NCBI GenBank assembly: GCA_963798845.1
Contig: CAWCUS010000002.1
Coordinates: 160,001 to 224,000, forward strand
Length of the DNA stretch: 64,000 nt
Reading direction: 5' to 3'
From: an uncultured Gemmatimonadales bacterium
GTDB taxonomy: Bacteria > Gemmatimonadota > Gemmatimonadetes > Longimicrobiales > RSA9
Of the stretch, positions 20,560-30,705 are shown in pieces; the first letter of the stretch is position 1; each line of letters begins with the position of its first letter. The notes under the pieces were generated by a model. That model was not told the origin of the DNA, searched no databases, and worked only from the letters and a program-made list of their open reading frames with translations. Both the position numbers and the translations under genes were made by a program.

Positions 20560-21299
20560 GGGACGCGCAGCGTGGCCGCCGCGCGGCCGATGCGCGCGAG
20601 CTGGTACGGTCCGCTGGACGTGGCCGCGGTGGCCTCGAGCACGAGCTCCATCCCGACTCGGTAGCGTCCTCGCTCCAGCCGCACGCCGCCTATCGGACCG
20701 GAGAGGGTGCGGCTGTAGCGCCCGTTCGGCTGCAGAGCGTCGGTCGCGTCCGGGAACTGGTCGATGAGGACGGCGCCATCGGGGCGGATCTCGATGGTGA
20801 GGGCGCCAATGTCGCCGCCGGGGACGGGAGAGCCATCGTCGCCCAGGATGGTGCCCGAGACCTCTGCTCGGGGCAGGCCCGCCCCGCCGATCTCCACGTC
20901 GGCCAGCGTCAGGTCGATCTGGAGCTCCACCTTGCCGGCCGCTCGCACCTCCATGGGGAAGACGACGCGGCTGAGGGAGCGCGCCGTGGCATAGCGGACG
21001 TCCGGGCCGGCGGCCGTGTCCACGGGCTCGGCTGCCACGCCGCCCGCGAGTCGTCCGGGCCGTGGCTCCTCGGAATAGGCGGAAGTCAGGCTGTCCGCGG
21101 CCCAGAGCTCGGGATCGCCGGGGCCGTAGGAAGCGGGCGCACGCGAGGGGGACGCGTCGTCGGCGGAGCCACGGGCGGTGGCGGAGGTCGTACGGCCCTC
21201 GAGCCATATGTCGGCGCTCCGAGCGCACGCGGACGTCGCGGCGAGGGTGGCGGCGAGGACGATGTGGACGGCGCTGCGCGTCGTCGCGCGATGATCCAT
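20556..21299 (-). CDS. Hypothetical exported/lipoprotein
   Basis: Hydrophobic leader ending TSAC; stop overlaps the MFS stop; no recognised domain. Confidence 0.45.
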   Translation of the reverse strand: MDHRATTRSAVHIVLAATLAATSACARSADIWLEGRTTSATARGSADDASPSRAPASYGPGDPELWAADSLTSAYSEEPRPGRLAGGVAAEPVDTAAGPDVRYATARSLSRVVFPMEVRAAGKVELQIDLTLADVEIGGAGLPRAEVSGTILGDDGSPVPGGDIGALTIEIRPDGAVLIDQFPDATDALQPNGRYSRTLSGPIGGVRLERGRYRVGMELVLEATAATSSGPYQLARIGRAAATLRVP

Positions 21300-21508
21300 G
21301 ATGGACTCCCGGCTCCGGGTGATCGCCGCGAGCGGACAGCGAGCGCACGGCGGACCGTGGCGCCGGCACCGGCCGCGCGGAGCGTCGGCCGCTGCGGTCG
21401 ACGTGGTCAATCTGGCCGTGCGGGGGCAGGGGCGCGATGAGCCGCACGGGGAACACCTCTTGCTCTCCCCACAGGTGAGTTGCTCGAGTCCTCCCACCCG
21501 GAGCCGTC

Positions 21509-23239
21509 ATGGGTCACGATCAGAACGGCGACCGTATGCCGCGCCCCGATCGTTCCGCCGCCCCCTCCGCTCAGCCCCATCCAGACCGCACCGGCTCCGG
21601 AGAGGCCGGGGGCGGGCACCCGCTGCGCCGGATTCTCTGCGTGTTCCCGCAGTACGCCCGCTCGTTCGGCACGCTGCACCACGCGTATCCGCTGCACGGC
21701 CGCGCCCGCGCGTTCATGCCCCCACAGGGGCTGCTGGTCGTGGCCGGCGCGATCCCGGACCATTGGGAAGTGCGCTTCGTGGACGAGAACCTGGGCCGGG
21801 CCAAGGACGAGGACTACGAGTGGGCGGACGCCGTGTTCATCACCGGGATGCACGTGCAGCGCGACCGGATCCGGGAAGTGAACGCCACCGCGCACCGGCA
21901 CGGCCTCGTGACCGCGCTGGGGGGGCCGTCGGTCTCGGCGTGCCCGGAGTGGTACCCGGACGTGGACCTGCTGCACATCGGCGAGCTCGGCGATGGCACG
22001 GACGCGCTCTTCGCCCGGGTCGGCCGGACAGTCGATCGCCCGCGGGACCAGCTCACCTTCGAGACCACGGAGCGGCGGCCGCTGCACGAGTTCCCGCTCC
22101 CCGCGTACGAGCACATCGACGTCCGCGACTACTTCCTGGCGAGCATCCAGTACTCCAGCGGCTGTCCCTTCCGCTGCGAGTTCTGCGACATCCCGGAGCT
22201 GTATGGCCGCGTCCCTCGGCTGAAGACGCCGGAGCAGGTGTGCGCGGAGCTGGACGCGCTCATGGCGTCGGGCCCGCCGGGCGCCGTCTACTTCGTGGAC
22301 GACAACTTCATAGGGAGCCAGAAGGCGGCGCTTCAGCTCCTCCCGCACCTGGTGGAATGGCAGCGGCGGAACGGCTATCCCCTGAGCCTGGCGTGCGAAC
22401 TGTCGATCAACGTCGCCCGCAACGAGCGGATCCTGGAGCTCATGCGCGAGGCGTGGTTCCACACGGTGTTCGTCGGGATCGAGACGCCGGACGAGGACTC
22501 GCTGCGCGGGATCTCGAAGAAGCAGAACCTGGGGATGCCGATCCTGGAGGCGGTGGAGATCCTCAACTCGTACGGGTTCGAGGTGGTGTCGGGGATCATC
22601 ATGGGGCTGGACACGGACACGGAGGAGACGCCCGACCGGATCCTCGAGTTCATCGAGGCGTCCGCCATCCCGATGCTCACGATCAACCTCCTGTACGCGC
22701 TTCCGCGGACACCGCTCTGGCGACGCCTGGAGAAGGAGGGGCGGATCCTCTCGGACGGGGCGGGCGGCGATGAGTCGAACGTGGATTTCAAGCTCCCCCG
22801 CGAAGTGGTGCGGGAGGGCTGGCTGCGGGCGGTGCGCGAAGCGAACGCGCCCGAGGCGCTCTACCGCCGCTTCCAGCACCAGGTGGACCACACCTACCGG
22901 AACCGCTTCGACCCGGGAGAGAACCGGAGGGTGCCCGAGGGATCGCTCCGGAAAGGGCTCGGGATGCTGGCGCGCATCTTCTGGGAGGTCGGCGTGCGCA
23001 GCGATTACCGCCGCACGTTCTGGCGCTTCGCCCTGCCTGCGCTCAGGGAAGGCAGGATCGAGTCGCTGGTGCACGTGCCGATGGTGGCGCACCACCTGAT
23101 CCAGTTCGCCCGTGACTGTGACGCCGGTGTGGGCGAGTACTCCTTCTACTCCCCCGAGGGCACGCCCGGCCGCGCCCCGGCTGGAAAGCGCCGTGGCCAA
23201 CACTCGCTCGTCCACCTCGAGATGGGCCGCAGCGGATGA
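21509..23239 (+). CDS. hpnP: B12-binding radical SAM methylase, hopanoid C-2 methylase (HpnP)-like
   Basis: RRILCVFP..SFGT, AFMPPQGLL, GMHVQ, LGGPSVSACP, HIGELGD, SIQYSSGCPFRCEFCDIP (CxxxCxxC), YFVDDNFIG, EVVSGIIMGLDTD, AHHLIQFAR. Confidence 0.82.
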   Translation: MGHDQNGDRMPRPDRSAAPSAQPHPDRTGSGEAGGGHPLRRILCVFPQYARSFGTLHHAYPLHGRARAFMPPQGLLVVAGAIPDHWEVRFVDENLGRAKDEDYEWADAVFITGMHVQRDRIREVNATAHRHGLVTALGGPSVSACPEWYPDVDLLHIGELGDGTDALFARVGRTVDRPRDQLTFETTERRPLHEFPLPAYEHIDVRDYFLASIQYSSGCPFRCEFCDIPELYGRVPRLKTPEQVCAELDALMASGPPGAVYFVDDNFIGSQKAALQLLPHLVEWQRRNGYPLSLACELSINVARNERILELMREAWFHTVFVGIETPDEDSLRGISKKQNLGMPILEAVEILNSYGFEVVSGIIMGLDTDTEETPDRILEFIEASAIPMLTINLLYALPRTPLWRRLEKEGRILSDGAGGDESNVDFKLPREVVREGWLRAVREANAPEALYRRFQHQVDHTYRNRFDPGENRRVPEGSLRKGLGMLARIFWEVGVRSDYRRTFWRFALPALREGRIESLVHVPMVAHHLIQFARDCDAGVGEYSFYSPEGTPGRAPAGKRRGQHSLVHLEMGRSG

Positions 23240-24255
23240 GGAAGCCGACCGTGAAGGTCTGGGGCACCGTCCTGCTCCTGGTCGGGCTCGGCCTCACCAT
23301 ATTCTTCGTGGTCACGACGGGGCCCGCCCGCATCTGGGGAATGCTCCGGGAGGCAGGCTGGTGGGTGCTCGCCGTGGCGTTCGCCCACTTCGCCTACATC
23401 GCGATCCTCGCCATGGCATGGCGGACGCTGCTCCACGCCAATGGGGCCAGGGCCCCGTTCCGCGACATCTTCTACTACCGCTGGGTGGCCGACGGATCGC
23501 AGGCGCTCCTCCCGGGCCCCGAGGTCACCGGGGACGTCATGCGCGGCTACCTCCTGGCACGTCGGCGGCCGGAGGTCCAGGGACCCGTCTCGGCGGCGGT
23601 GATCATCGTGGAGCTCACGCTCCGGATGGTCTCGCTGATCCTGTTCATCGGGACCGGGCTCATCCTGCTGGCCATACGGGGCCAGGGCATGGTCAACACG
23701 CTGGTGGCGGGCGGGATCCTCGTCGCCATGCTGGCGTCCCTGGTCTACGTCCAGCGCGCGAGCCTCCTGCGCAAGCTGGCCACCAAGATGGAGCGCCGCG
23801 CGCAGCAGGAGCGCTGGCTCCGGTTCGCCGGAAGCATGAGCGGGGTGGACGCGGAGATCGGGACCATCTACGGAGAGACCGGCGCCCTCGCCCGCACCGC
23901 CGGCTGGCACTTCCTCGGCTTCTTCTTCGCCGCGGCCGAGATCTGGATGCTCCTCTACGCCGTCCACCACTACGTCGGCGCGCCGGACGTGGTGGTGTTC
24001 GAGAGCATCGGCCGCGCGGCCTCCAACGCCGGGTTCTTCATGCCCGCCGGCCTGGGGGCGCAGGAGGGCGGCTACCTGCTGGGCGCCCGCTTCGTCGGTC
24101 TGGCCGCCGCCGTGGGCGTGGCCATCTCGCTGCTGAAGCGGCTGCGCGACGTGCTGGTCGGGCTGCCGGCGCTGGGGCTGCTCTGGTTCCGGGAGATTCG
24201 CTCGCCCGCCGACCGGGAGGAGCTCCGCGAGGTCACCGCGCCACCGATCCCCTGA
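23236..24255 (+). CDS. hpnL: HpnL-like (lysylphosphatidylglycerol synthase TM / flippase-like) membrane protein
   Basis: ATGA overlap with hpnP; multi-TM; ESIGRA..AGFFMPAGLGAQEGGY, SLLKRLRDVLVGLP. Confidence 0.7.
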   Translation: MRKPTVKVWGTVLLLVGLGLTIFFVVTTGPARIWGMLREAGWWVLAVAFAHFAYIAILAMAWRTLLHANGARAPFRDIFYYRWVADGSQALLPGPEVTGDVMRGYLLARRRPEVQGPVSAAVIIVELTLRMVSLILFIGTGLILLAIRGQGMVNTLVAGGILVAMLASLVYVQRASLLRKLATKMERRAQQERWLRFAGSMSGVDAEIGTIYGETGALARTAGWHFLGFFFAAAEIWMLLYAVHHYVGAPDVVVFESIGRAASNAGFFMPAGLGAQEGGYLLGARFVGLAAAVGVAISLLKRLRDVLVGLPALGLLWFREIRSPADREELREVTAPPIP

Positions 24256-24311
24256 AGGCCAGCGCCGCTGCCGATCGGCAGAGCGCCCGGTCCGGTTCCG
24301 ACACGAGGGGC

Positions 24312-24431
24312 CCGCCGGGTCAGCGGGCCTCGGCCGCCGGGTCAGCGGGCCTCGGCCGCCGGGTCAGCGGGCCTCGGCCGCCGCGTCAGCGGGCCTCGGC
24401 CGCCGGGTCAGCGGGCCTCGGCCGCCGCGTC
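24312..24431. repeat. 22-bp tandem repeat, about 5.4 copies
   Basis: Unit CCGCCG(G/C)GTCAGCGGGCCTCGG; includes the stop codon of the AI-2E gene. Confidence 0.95.
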
Positions 24432-25508
24432 CACGTCCGGCGAGGCGTCCACGGCTTCCCGCTCCTTCGGCGCCACCACCTCCAGCACGAACACGCGCAC
24501 CGCCGCCGCGGACGGGATCGCGACCAGGATCCCCAGGATGCCGCCGACGCCGCCGCCGACGATGATGGCGAACAGCACCAGGGTCTGCGGCACGTCCGTC
24601 TGGCTGCGCATGATGTTGGGCGTGAGCAGATGCCCTTCGACCTGCTCGAGGCCGGTGTAGAGGAGGATGGCGATGACGGCCTTGGTCAGCGACTGGAGGA
24701 GCGCGATCAGCGCCACGATCACCCCCACCACGATCGGGCCGATGAAGGGGACCACCTCGCCCAGCATGGTGAGCACTCCGAGCGCCAGCGGGTAACGCAC
24801 GCCGATCAGGAGCAGCCCCACGTAGGCCAGGATCCCCATGATCACCGCGTTGATCACCGCACCCCGCACGTAACCGCCCATGGTCTGACCCATCCGGTGC
24901 AGGACCTGGCGCGTCTTGCGGCGGTGGCGGTCCGGGACGAGGGACAGGGTGAAGTCGCGGATCGCGCGCGCCGTGATCAGCCAGTAGATGCTGAGGAAGA
25001 TCACCACCAGCACATCGATGGCCGCGCCCATGATCATCGTGGGGGCTGCGATCACGAGGTCGCCGAGGCGACCCTGCATCGACCCGGCGAAGCCGGCCAT
25101 GTCCTGCTGCGAGAGCAGGCCGATGCGGCTGAGTCGCTCCTGAACGTCGCCGATGAGCGACGGTGCGCGCTGCACCAGCTCCTGCCCCTGGTCCACCAGC
25201 GCGGGAGCGACGAACCAGCCGAGCCCCACGAGCACCGCGACGATGGCCAGATAGACCACCGTGACGGCGAGCGTGCGGCGGTGGATCCGCTCCTCCACCC
25301 AGCCGACCACCGGCGCCAGCGACTCCGCGAGCGTGATGGCCACGATCAGGAGCGCGAGCGGCCGGAGCATCATCCCGATCAGCTGGATCACGCCGAGCCC
25401 CAGGGCCAGGGCGGCGGCCAGCGGCAGGACCACCTCCCAGCGCATCCGGCTCAGCGTGGCGTGTACGACGCCTGGTTCCGACCCTTCCGTCTCGCGGTTC
25501 CGTGCCAT
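24408..25508 (-). CDS. AI-2E family transporter (PerM-like)
   Basis: Multi-TM; LAPVVGWVE, GGYVRG, VPFIGP, QVEGHLLTP, GILGILVAIP. Confidence 0.9.
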   Translation of the reverse strand: MARNRETEGSEPGVVHATLSRMRWEVVLPLAAALALGLGVIQLIGMMLRPLALLIVAITLAESLAPVVGWVEERIHRRTLAVTVVYLAIVAVLVGLGWFVAPALVDQGQELVQRAPSLIGDVQERLSRIGLLSQQDMAGFAGSMQGRLGDLVIAAPTMIMGAAIDVLVVIFLSIYWLITARAIRDFTLSLVPDRHRRKTRQVLHRMGQTMGGYVRGAVINAVIMGILAYVGLLLIGVRYPLALGVLTMLGEVVPFIGPIVVGVIVALIALLQSLTKAVIAILLYTGLEQVEGHLLTPNIMRSQTDVPQTLVLFAIIVGGGVGGILGILVAIPSAAAVRVFVLEVVAPKEREAVDASPDVDAAAEAR

Positions 25509-25696
25509 GGCGGCCCCAGGACCGGTCAAGATCCGCGCCACACAGCGGCGTTCCGCCTCGGTTTCCGCACGCGCACGGAGGCGCCGGGCGCGACCGTCCG
25601 ACGTGAACGTTGCCATGCCCGCGCGCTCGATGACGGCACCCGGGTGTTCGGCGCCGTGGCGATCACGCCCGGGCGGCTCCGCGTCGTCCTCGTTTC

Positions 25697-26593
25697 CTAG
25701 GCCGCGGCGAACCGGGCCGTCCACCAGCCCCGGTCCCGGGCCTCCTCGGCCACTCTCAGCCCGGCCGAAGCGGCCGCGGCCACGACCTCGTCGCGCTCGA
25801 CCCGCAGCACCCCCGACACCAACACGGACCCGCCGGACGCCAGCTGCGCCGCGAGGCCAGGAATCAGAGACACGACGGTGTCGGCGTCCAGATTCGCCAG
25901 CACCAGGTCGAACGGTCCCCGCCACGCCCAGCCGCCCAGCCGGGCCAGCCGGCCCAGGTCCCTCTCCGTCACCCGGCGCTCCACGACCTCCACTCGCCCG
26001 GCCACGCCGCTCGCCCGCGCGTTCTCGCGGGCTGCAGCGCAGGCCAGGGCGTCCGCCTCGATGGCCACGGCCCGATCGGCCCCCAGGAGCGCCGCGGCGA
26101 TGGAGAGCACGCCGGAACCGGCGCCGACATCGAGGACCCGCTTGCCGGCGAGCTGCGCCGAGGCAAGCAGGCGGAGGCACGCCCGCGTCGTCGGGTGCTC
26201 GGCCGTCCCGAAGGCGACGGCCGGATCCAGGCGGATCACCAGGTCCTCCGGCTCCCCGTCCCACGCGCTCCCCGTGGGCGCCACCACAACCCGCCCCGCC
26301 ACCCGCTCCGGCGGGTGTGCCGCCCGCCACGCCGCCGCCCAGTCGGCATGGCTCCGCCATTGCCATGAGAGCTGCGGTTCGGAGATCGAGGTGCTGGCGC
26401 GGATCGATGCCGCCGCGGCCGCGAGGAGCGACGCCGGCTCGACGGGAGCCGGGAAGAGCGCGGCTATGCGGTCGCCCTCACGCTCCACGGCCCGGGCGCC
26501 CACGCGCCGGAGCGCATCCACCAGGAGGAGCGCCTCGGCGGGCGAGCCGGCCGGGACGGTGAGCACGAGCCACCGGTCGGGGATTGCGTGCAC
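25697..26593 (-). CDS. prmA: Ribosomal protein L11 methyltransferase
   Basis: DWAAAWR, LDPAVAFGTAEHPTTRACL, VLDVGAGSGVLSIAA, LVLANL, VSGVL. Confidence 0.88.
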   Translation of the reverse strand: MHAIPDRWLVLTVPAGSPAEALLLVDALRRVGARAVEREGDRIAALFPAPVEPASLLAAAAASIRASTSISEPQLSWQWRSHADWAAAWRAAHPPERVAGRVVVAPTGSAWDGEPEDLVIRLDPAVAFGTAEHPTTRACLRLLASAQLAGKRVLDVGAGSGVLSIAAALLGADRAVAIEADALACAAARENARASGVAGRVEVVERRVTERDLGRLARLGGWAWRGPFDLVLANLDADTVVSLIPGLAAQLASGGSVLVSGVLRVERDEVVAAAASAGLRVAEEARDRGWWTARFAAA

Positions 26594-26770
26594 CGGGTCG
26601 GATCTTCCTCGGGTTCGCGTCACGGGCGACACCGTGCGCTGCGTCGCCGGCATCCGCCGTGGAAGGTGGCGGCGCCCGGTCAGCAGCGCCACTTCCGTCG
26701 TGCCGGCGCGGACGTGAGGCGGCCGGCACGACGGGGACCCGCCCGTGGCCGGAGTGCGGCCCCAAGCAAA

Positions 26771-27208
26771 GCCCGGAACGGGATCGCCTACTTTGAAGGC
26801 GACCTGTACGTCACCAACTCGGAGAAAGGCCTGATCGTGCGGATCCCGGTGAACCCGGATGGCTCGGCAGGCGAGCCGGAGCAGGTTGCGGGCGGAGAGG
26901 CTCTGTTCGGCCTCGACGGCCTGGAAGTCGATGTCCACGGTCGGCTGTACGCCGCGCTGAACGTGCAGAACCGGGTGATCCGCGTGGATCCCGGGACGGG
27001 CGAGGTGACGGATGTGGCCGGCGCCGCGGGCGAGCCGGACCCCGCGCTCGACTTCCCGGCTTCGCTCGCGTTCGGCACCGCCCGCGGCATGCAGAAGACA
27101 CTCTTCATCACCAACTACGCCCTGCTCGACGACGGCACCGATCCGACCCTCGCGGGGCCTGGGATCGCGAAAATGGAGGTGGGCGTGCCGGGTCGGCCCC
27201 TGCCGTAG
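26771..27208 (+). pseudogene. 5'-truncated SMP-30/gluconolactonase-like beta-propeller fragment
   Basis: NGIAYFEGDLYVTNS, LDGLEVDVHGRLY, FPASLAFG, LFITN. No plausible start or RBS, and the upstream frame is not protein-like. Confidence 0.6.
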
Positions 27209-27223
27209 CGGCCCGCGATCGCT

Positions 27224-28963
27224 TCACTGGGGCCCGATCCGGGCGACGAGCGCCTGGAAGCGGGGGTGGGAGCGCAGCGGCGCGAACAGGAACGACCCCC
27301 TGATGCCGCTGATGGCCGCGGCTCGTTCTTCGAATGCGCGCTCGAGGAGATCTATGGCGCGCTCGTGCTCGCCGAGACCGGTGTGGATGTAGGCCAGGTG
27401 GTACGGGGCCACGAACTCCGTGGCCGCGCGCTCGGAGAGTTGGTCCAGGATCCGCCGCGCGTCGTCGGTGCGGCCGGCCACGGCGAGGGCCTGTCCGAGC
27501 TGGGCGAGCCACTGCGGGCTGTCTGGCGCAAGCTCGACGGCGCGCTCGAGCTCGGCGACTCCCTCGTCGTGCCGGCCCTGCATCATGAGCGCCCAGCCGA
27601 GTGTCGCGTGGCCCCGATCCTGTTCCGGGTCGAACTCGATGGCGCGGACGGCCTCGGCCTCGGCTTCCTGGTGGCGGCCCGCCCGGAGCAGCGTGCTCGC
27701 CACGTCCAGGCGGTGGACCAGCGGGTCCAGCTCCTGTGCGTGCCGCTGGAGCTCGAGGGCCTCGTCGAATCGTCCCACTGAAGCGCACAGGCGGCCATAG
27801 AGGTCGTAGGCATCGGTGCTGCTGGGGCACAGCTCGATCGCTCGCCGGAAGCCCGCCTCGGCGGCCGCCCAGTCGAACTCCCAGATCGCCTGGAGCTGCG
27901 CCATGGCGCAATGGGCCTCGGCCAGGTTGGGATCCAGGCGGAGCGCCTTGCCCGCGGCGTCCATGGCCAGCGGCCGCGCGACCTCGGCGCGGGTGGCCCC
28001 GCCCTCCGCCAGCTCCGCGTGCGCGAGGGCGATGCCGGTGTAGGCGAGGGCATACCCGGGATCGACGGCCACCGCGCGGCCGTAGAAATGGAGGGCTCGT
28101 CTGAGCCCGGTGGGCGTGAAGCGGATGAACCAGTGGCGGCCCTTCAGGTAGAGCTGGTAGGCTTCCACGCTCGTGGTCGGCTCCTTGCCGACGCGGCTCC
28201 GCTCGTCGGGCGAGAGCTCGGCCTCCAGGGCGGCGGCGATCTGGAGCGCCACGTCCGTCTGGATCGCGAAAATGTCCGTCAGCTCGCGGTCGTAGGTGTC
28301 CGCCCAGACGTGGCGGTCGGAGCGCACGTCGACGAGCCGCGCCACGATGCGGACGCGCCCCCCCGAGCTGCGAACGCTGCCGTCCAGCACGGTGCTCGCC
28401 CCCACGGCGGCACCGATGTCCCGGAGGCTGTGCTCCCGTGACTTGAACCGCATCACGGAGGCGCGGGAGATCACCCGCAGCCCGCGGATCCTCGACAGGT
28501 GGGCGATCACGTCCTCCGTGATCCCGTCGGCGAAATAGTCGTTCTCCGACTCCGGACCCAGGTTGACGAACGGGACCACGGCGACCACCGGCGCCGTGGC
28601 CGCGGCGGTCGGGAGTGCCAAGATCGAGGCGTCCGCGGCCGGCACGATCGCCGGGGTCCCTCCGCCCGCGCTGGCCGCCGGGGAGGTGGAGTCCAGGAGC
28701 GTGGCGGGGGGGACCGGCGTCGGAGCGTCCGTCCGCTCGATGCCTCCGGGCACGATGTCGAAGACCCACGCCAGGACGATCGCGACCGGAAGGCCCAGGA
28801 TCGCGAGGACGACCAGCAGCGTCATGGTCCGGGCCGGCAGGTCGAGAGCGGGCACCAGAATGTCCGCGCCCTGGAGCACGCCGAACGCGGCTACCACGTA
28901 GATGATGCCGGCCTGCACCACGCGGCGCCGCCTCAGCTCTGCGACGAACGCTCGGACCCTCAT
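27224..28963 (-). CDS. Membrane-anchored TolB-N-like/TPR protein
   Basis: ELRRRRVVQAGIIY plus 2 TM; VAVVPFVNL, YFADGITEDVI, VLDGSVR, AYQLYLKG, TPR repeats, LRSHPRFQAL. Confidence 0.85.
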   Translation of the reverse strand: MRVRAFVAELRRRRVVQAGIIYVVAAFGVLQGADILVPALDLPARTMTLLVVLAILGLPVAIVLAWVFDIVPGGIERTDAPTPVPPATLLDSTSPAASAGGGTPAIVPAADASILALPTAAATAPVVAVVPFVNLGPESENDYFADGITEDVIAHLSRIRGLRVISRASVMRFKSREHSLRDIGAAVGASTVLDGSVRSSGGRVRIVARLVDVRSDRHVWADTYDRELTDIFAIQTDVALQIAAALEAELSPDERSRVGKEPTTSVEAYQLYLKGRHWFIRFTPTGLRRALHFYGRAVAVDPGYALAYTGIALAHAELAEGGATRAEVARPLAMDAAGKALRLDPNLAEAHCAMAQLQAIWEFDWAAAEAGFRRAIELCPSSTDAYDLYGRLCASVGRFDEALELQRHAQELDPLVHRLDVASTLLRAGRHQEAEAEAVRAIEFDPEQDRGHATLGWALMMQGRHDEGVAELERAVELAPDSPQWLAQLGQALAVAGRTDDARRILDQLSERAATEFVAPYHLAYIHTGLGEHERAIDLLERAFEERAAAISGIRGSFLFAPLRSHPRFQALVARIGPQ

Positions 28964-28964
28964 G

Positions 28965-29471
28965 TCACGCGCGGCCCTGCTCCCGATCGCGGCTCGCTGC
29001 CAGGCGCTTCATCAGCTGGATCTGGCCGGCGTGATACGTGTCGTGGAGGACAACGCCCGTGATCAGGTCCGCGTACGTGGTGGCACCGCCGCCCGCGGGC
29101 TGGTCGAGACGGCCCGGGTCGAAGGCGCGCAGCGTCTCCAGGAGGCGCTCGTGCCACTCCCGCACGAGGCGCCGCTCCATTTCCCACGCGCCTTCCGAGA
29201 CCGGCCCCAGCTCCGGCCAGTTGGCCGGCGAGAGGGGGAACGCGCCTCGCTCGCCCTGGCTGCCGAGCCGCCGCCACACGGCGTAATTCCAGTAGGCCAC
29301 GTGCACGGCGAGCTCGCGGATGCTGTGCCGGTCGGGGTACGGCTTCCACCCGGCCATCGCCGCGGAGATCCCGCGGATCGAGCCGAGGACCGAGGCACCG
29401 CCGTGCCACGGCTTGAAGCCGGGGGGCGGGTGGAAATGGCGGATCGCCTCCTCGAGGCGGCGGTCGGTCAT
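28965..29471 (-). CDS. DinB-family protein
   Basis: WHG, HSIRELAVH, HDTYHAGQI. Confidence 0.85.
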   Translation of the reverse strand: MTDRRLEEAIRHFHPPPGFKPWHGGASVLGSIRGISAAMAGWKPYPDRHSIRELAVHVAYWNYAVWRRLGSQGERGAFPLSPANWPELGPVSEGAWEMERRLVREWHERLLETLRAFDPGRLDQPAGGGATTYADLITGVVLHDTYHAGQIQLMKRLAASRDREQGRA

Positions 29472-29543
29472 GGCGGCTCACGGGCCGTAGTGGCGGCGGC
29501 ACGAAAGCGGGATCGCGGGTGAGCCCATGGTCGTTCTCCTCCG

Positions 29544-30642
29544 CTAGGGTGATCGGGAAAGCGTTGCGTCGACCTCTGGAGCGGCAGCGGTGAACACGGC
29601 TCCGTACAGCCGCAGGGCGTTGCCGCCCAGGATGCCGGCGACGTCGTCGTCGCTGAATCCCCGGCGGTCCAGGGCGTCGATGAACACGGGCAGGTGCGCC
29701 ACGTCCTCCGCGCCGGCGATGAAGCGGATCATGTCGGCGGAGAGATCGTCTCGCACGAGCATTCTGATGCATCGCGTCCATGTAGTAATCCGCATAGTCC
29801 GGGCCCAGCGCGAGGCACCCGGGGCCGGCGAGCCCGGCGATGTGCTCGGCGTGGTCCGCGAGCCGGTCGGGCGTGGTCCGGGCCGGATCGTCGTCGACGA
29901 ACATGCCGAGGAAGTTGAGGCCGATCACGCCGCCACGCTCCCCCACCAGCCGGATCTGCTCGTCCGTCAGGTTTCGCCGGTTCCCGCAAATCGTGCGCGC
30001 GTTCGAATGCGAAACCATGGGCGGGAGGTCGTAGATCTCGATGGCGTCGAAGAAGGAGGAGTCGGACAGGTGCACGAGGTCCAGCACCATGCCGAGTGCC
30101 CGAACCTCGCGCACGACTTTCCGCCCGAAGTTGCTCAGGCCGCCTGGATTCCGCTCGCCGCAGCCGTCGGCGGCGAGGTTGCGCTCGTTGTGGGTCAGGA
30201 TCACCGAGCGGAGGCCGGCCGCGTGCAGGGCCCGCAGCGTGGCGAGGTCCTCCACGCAGCGGATCCCCTCCAACGCGAGCATGAAATGCACGGGATCGCT
30301 CGCCGCCTCCCGGGTGCCGTCGCGGGAAGCCGCCTCCAGCAGGTCGTGCGCGTCGAGCACCAGCCGGAATCCATCGTGTGCCTCGATCTGACGCAGGGTC
30401 TCGTCCATGATGCGCAGCACCAGACGCAGGTCCCAGAGCTCCAGCGAGCCGACCTCGAAGTCCCCGCCCACCGTGAGCACTTCCATGCTCACCCCGCCCT
30501 CGCGCAGGTTCGGCAGGTGCTCGGCAAGGAGGGCGTCCGGCCGCCCCTCCGACGCGGCACGGTACAGCTGGATGGCGTAGTCGGAGTGAACGTCCACGAC
30601 GGGGTGGCGCGGGATGAGGTCGCCGATGGGGCGATCGGTCAT
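29544..30642 (-). CDS. Membrane dipeptidase (M19), apparent +1 frameshift near 29763
   Basis: VDVHSD, LALEG, LTHNERN, GLSNFG, DLVHLS, SHSN, RNLTDEQI, ALGPDY. The C-terminus GAEDV..RGFSDDDVAGILGGNALR is in another frame. Confidence 0.85.
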
Positions 30643-30705
30643 GACGGGTCTCCTTCCGGTGCGGGGGCGTGGGCGCCGGTCCACAGGCGACCCGGTCCTC
30701 TCGGG

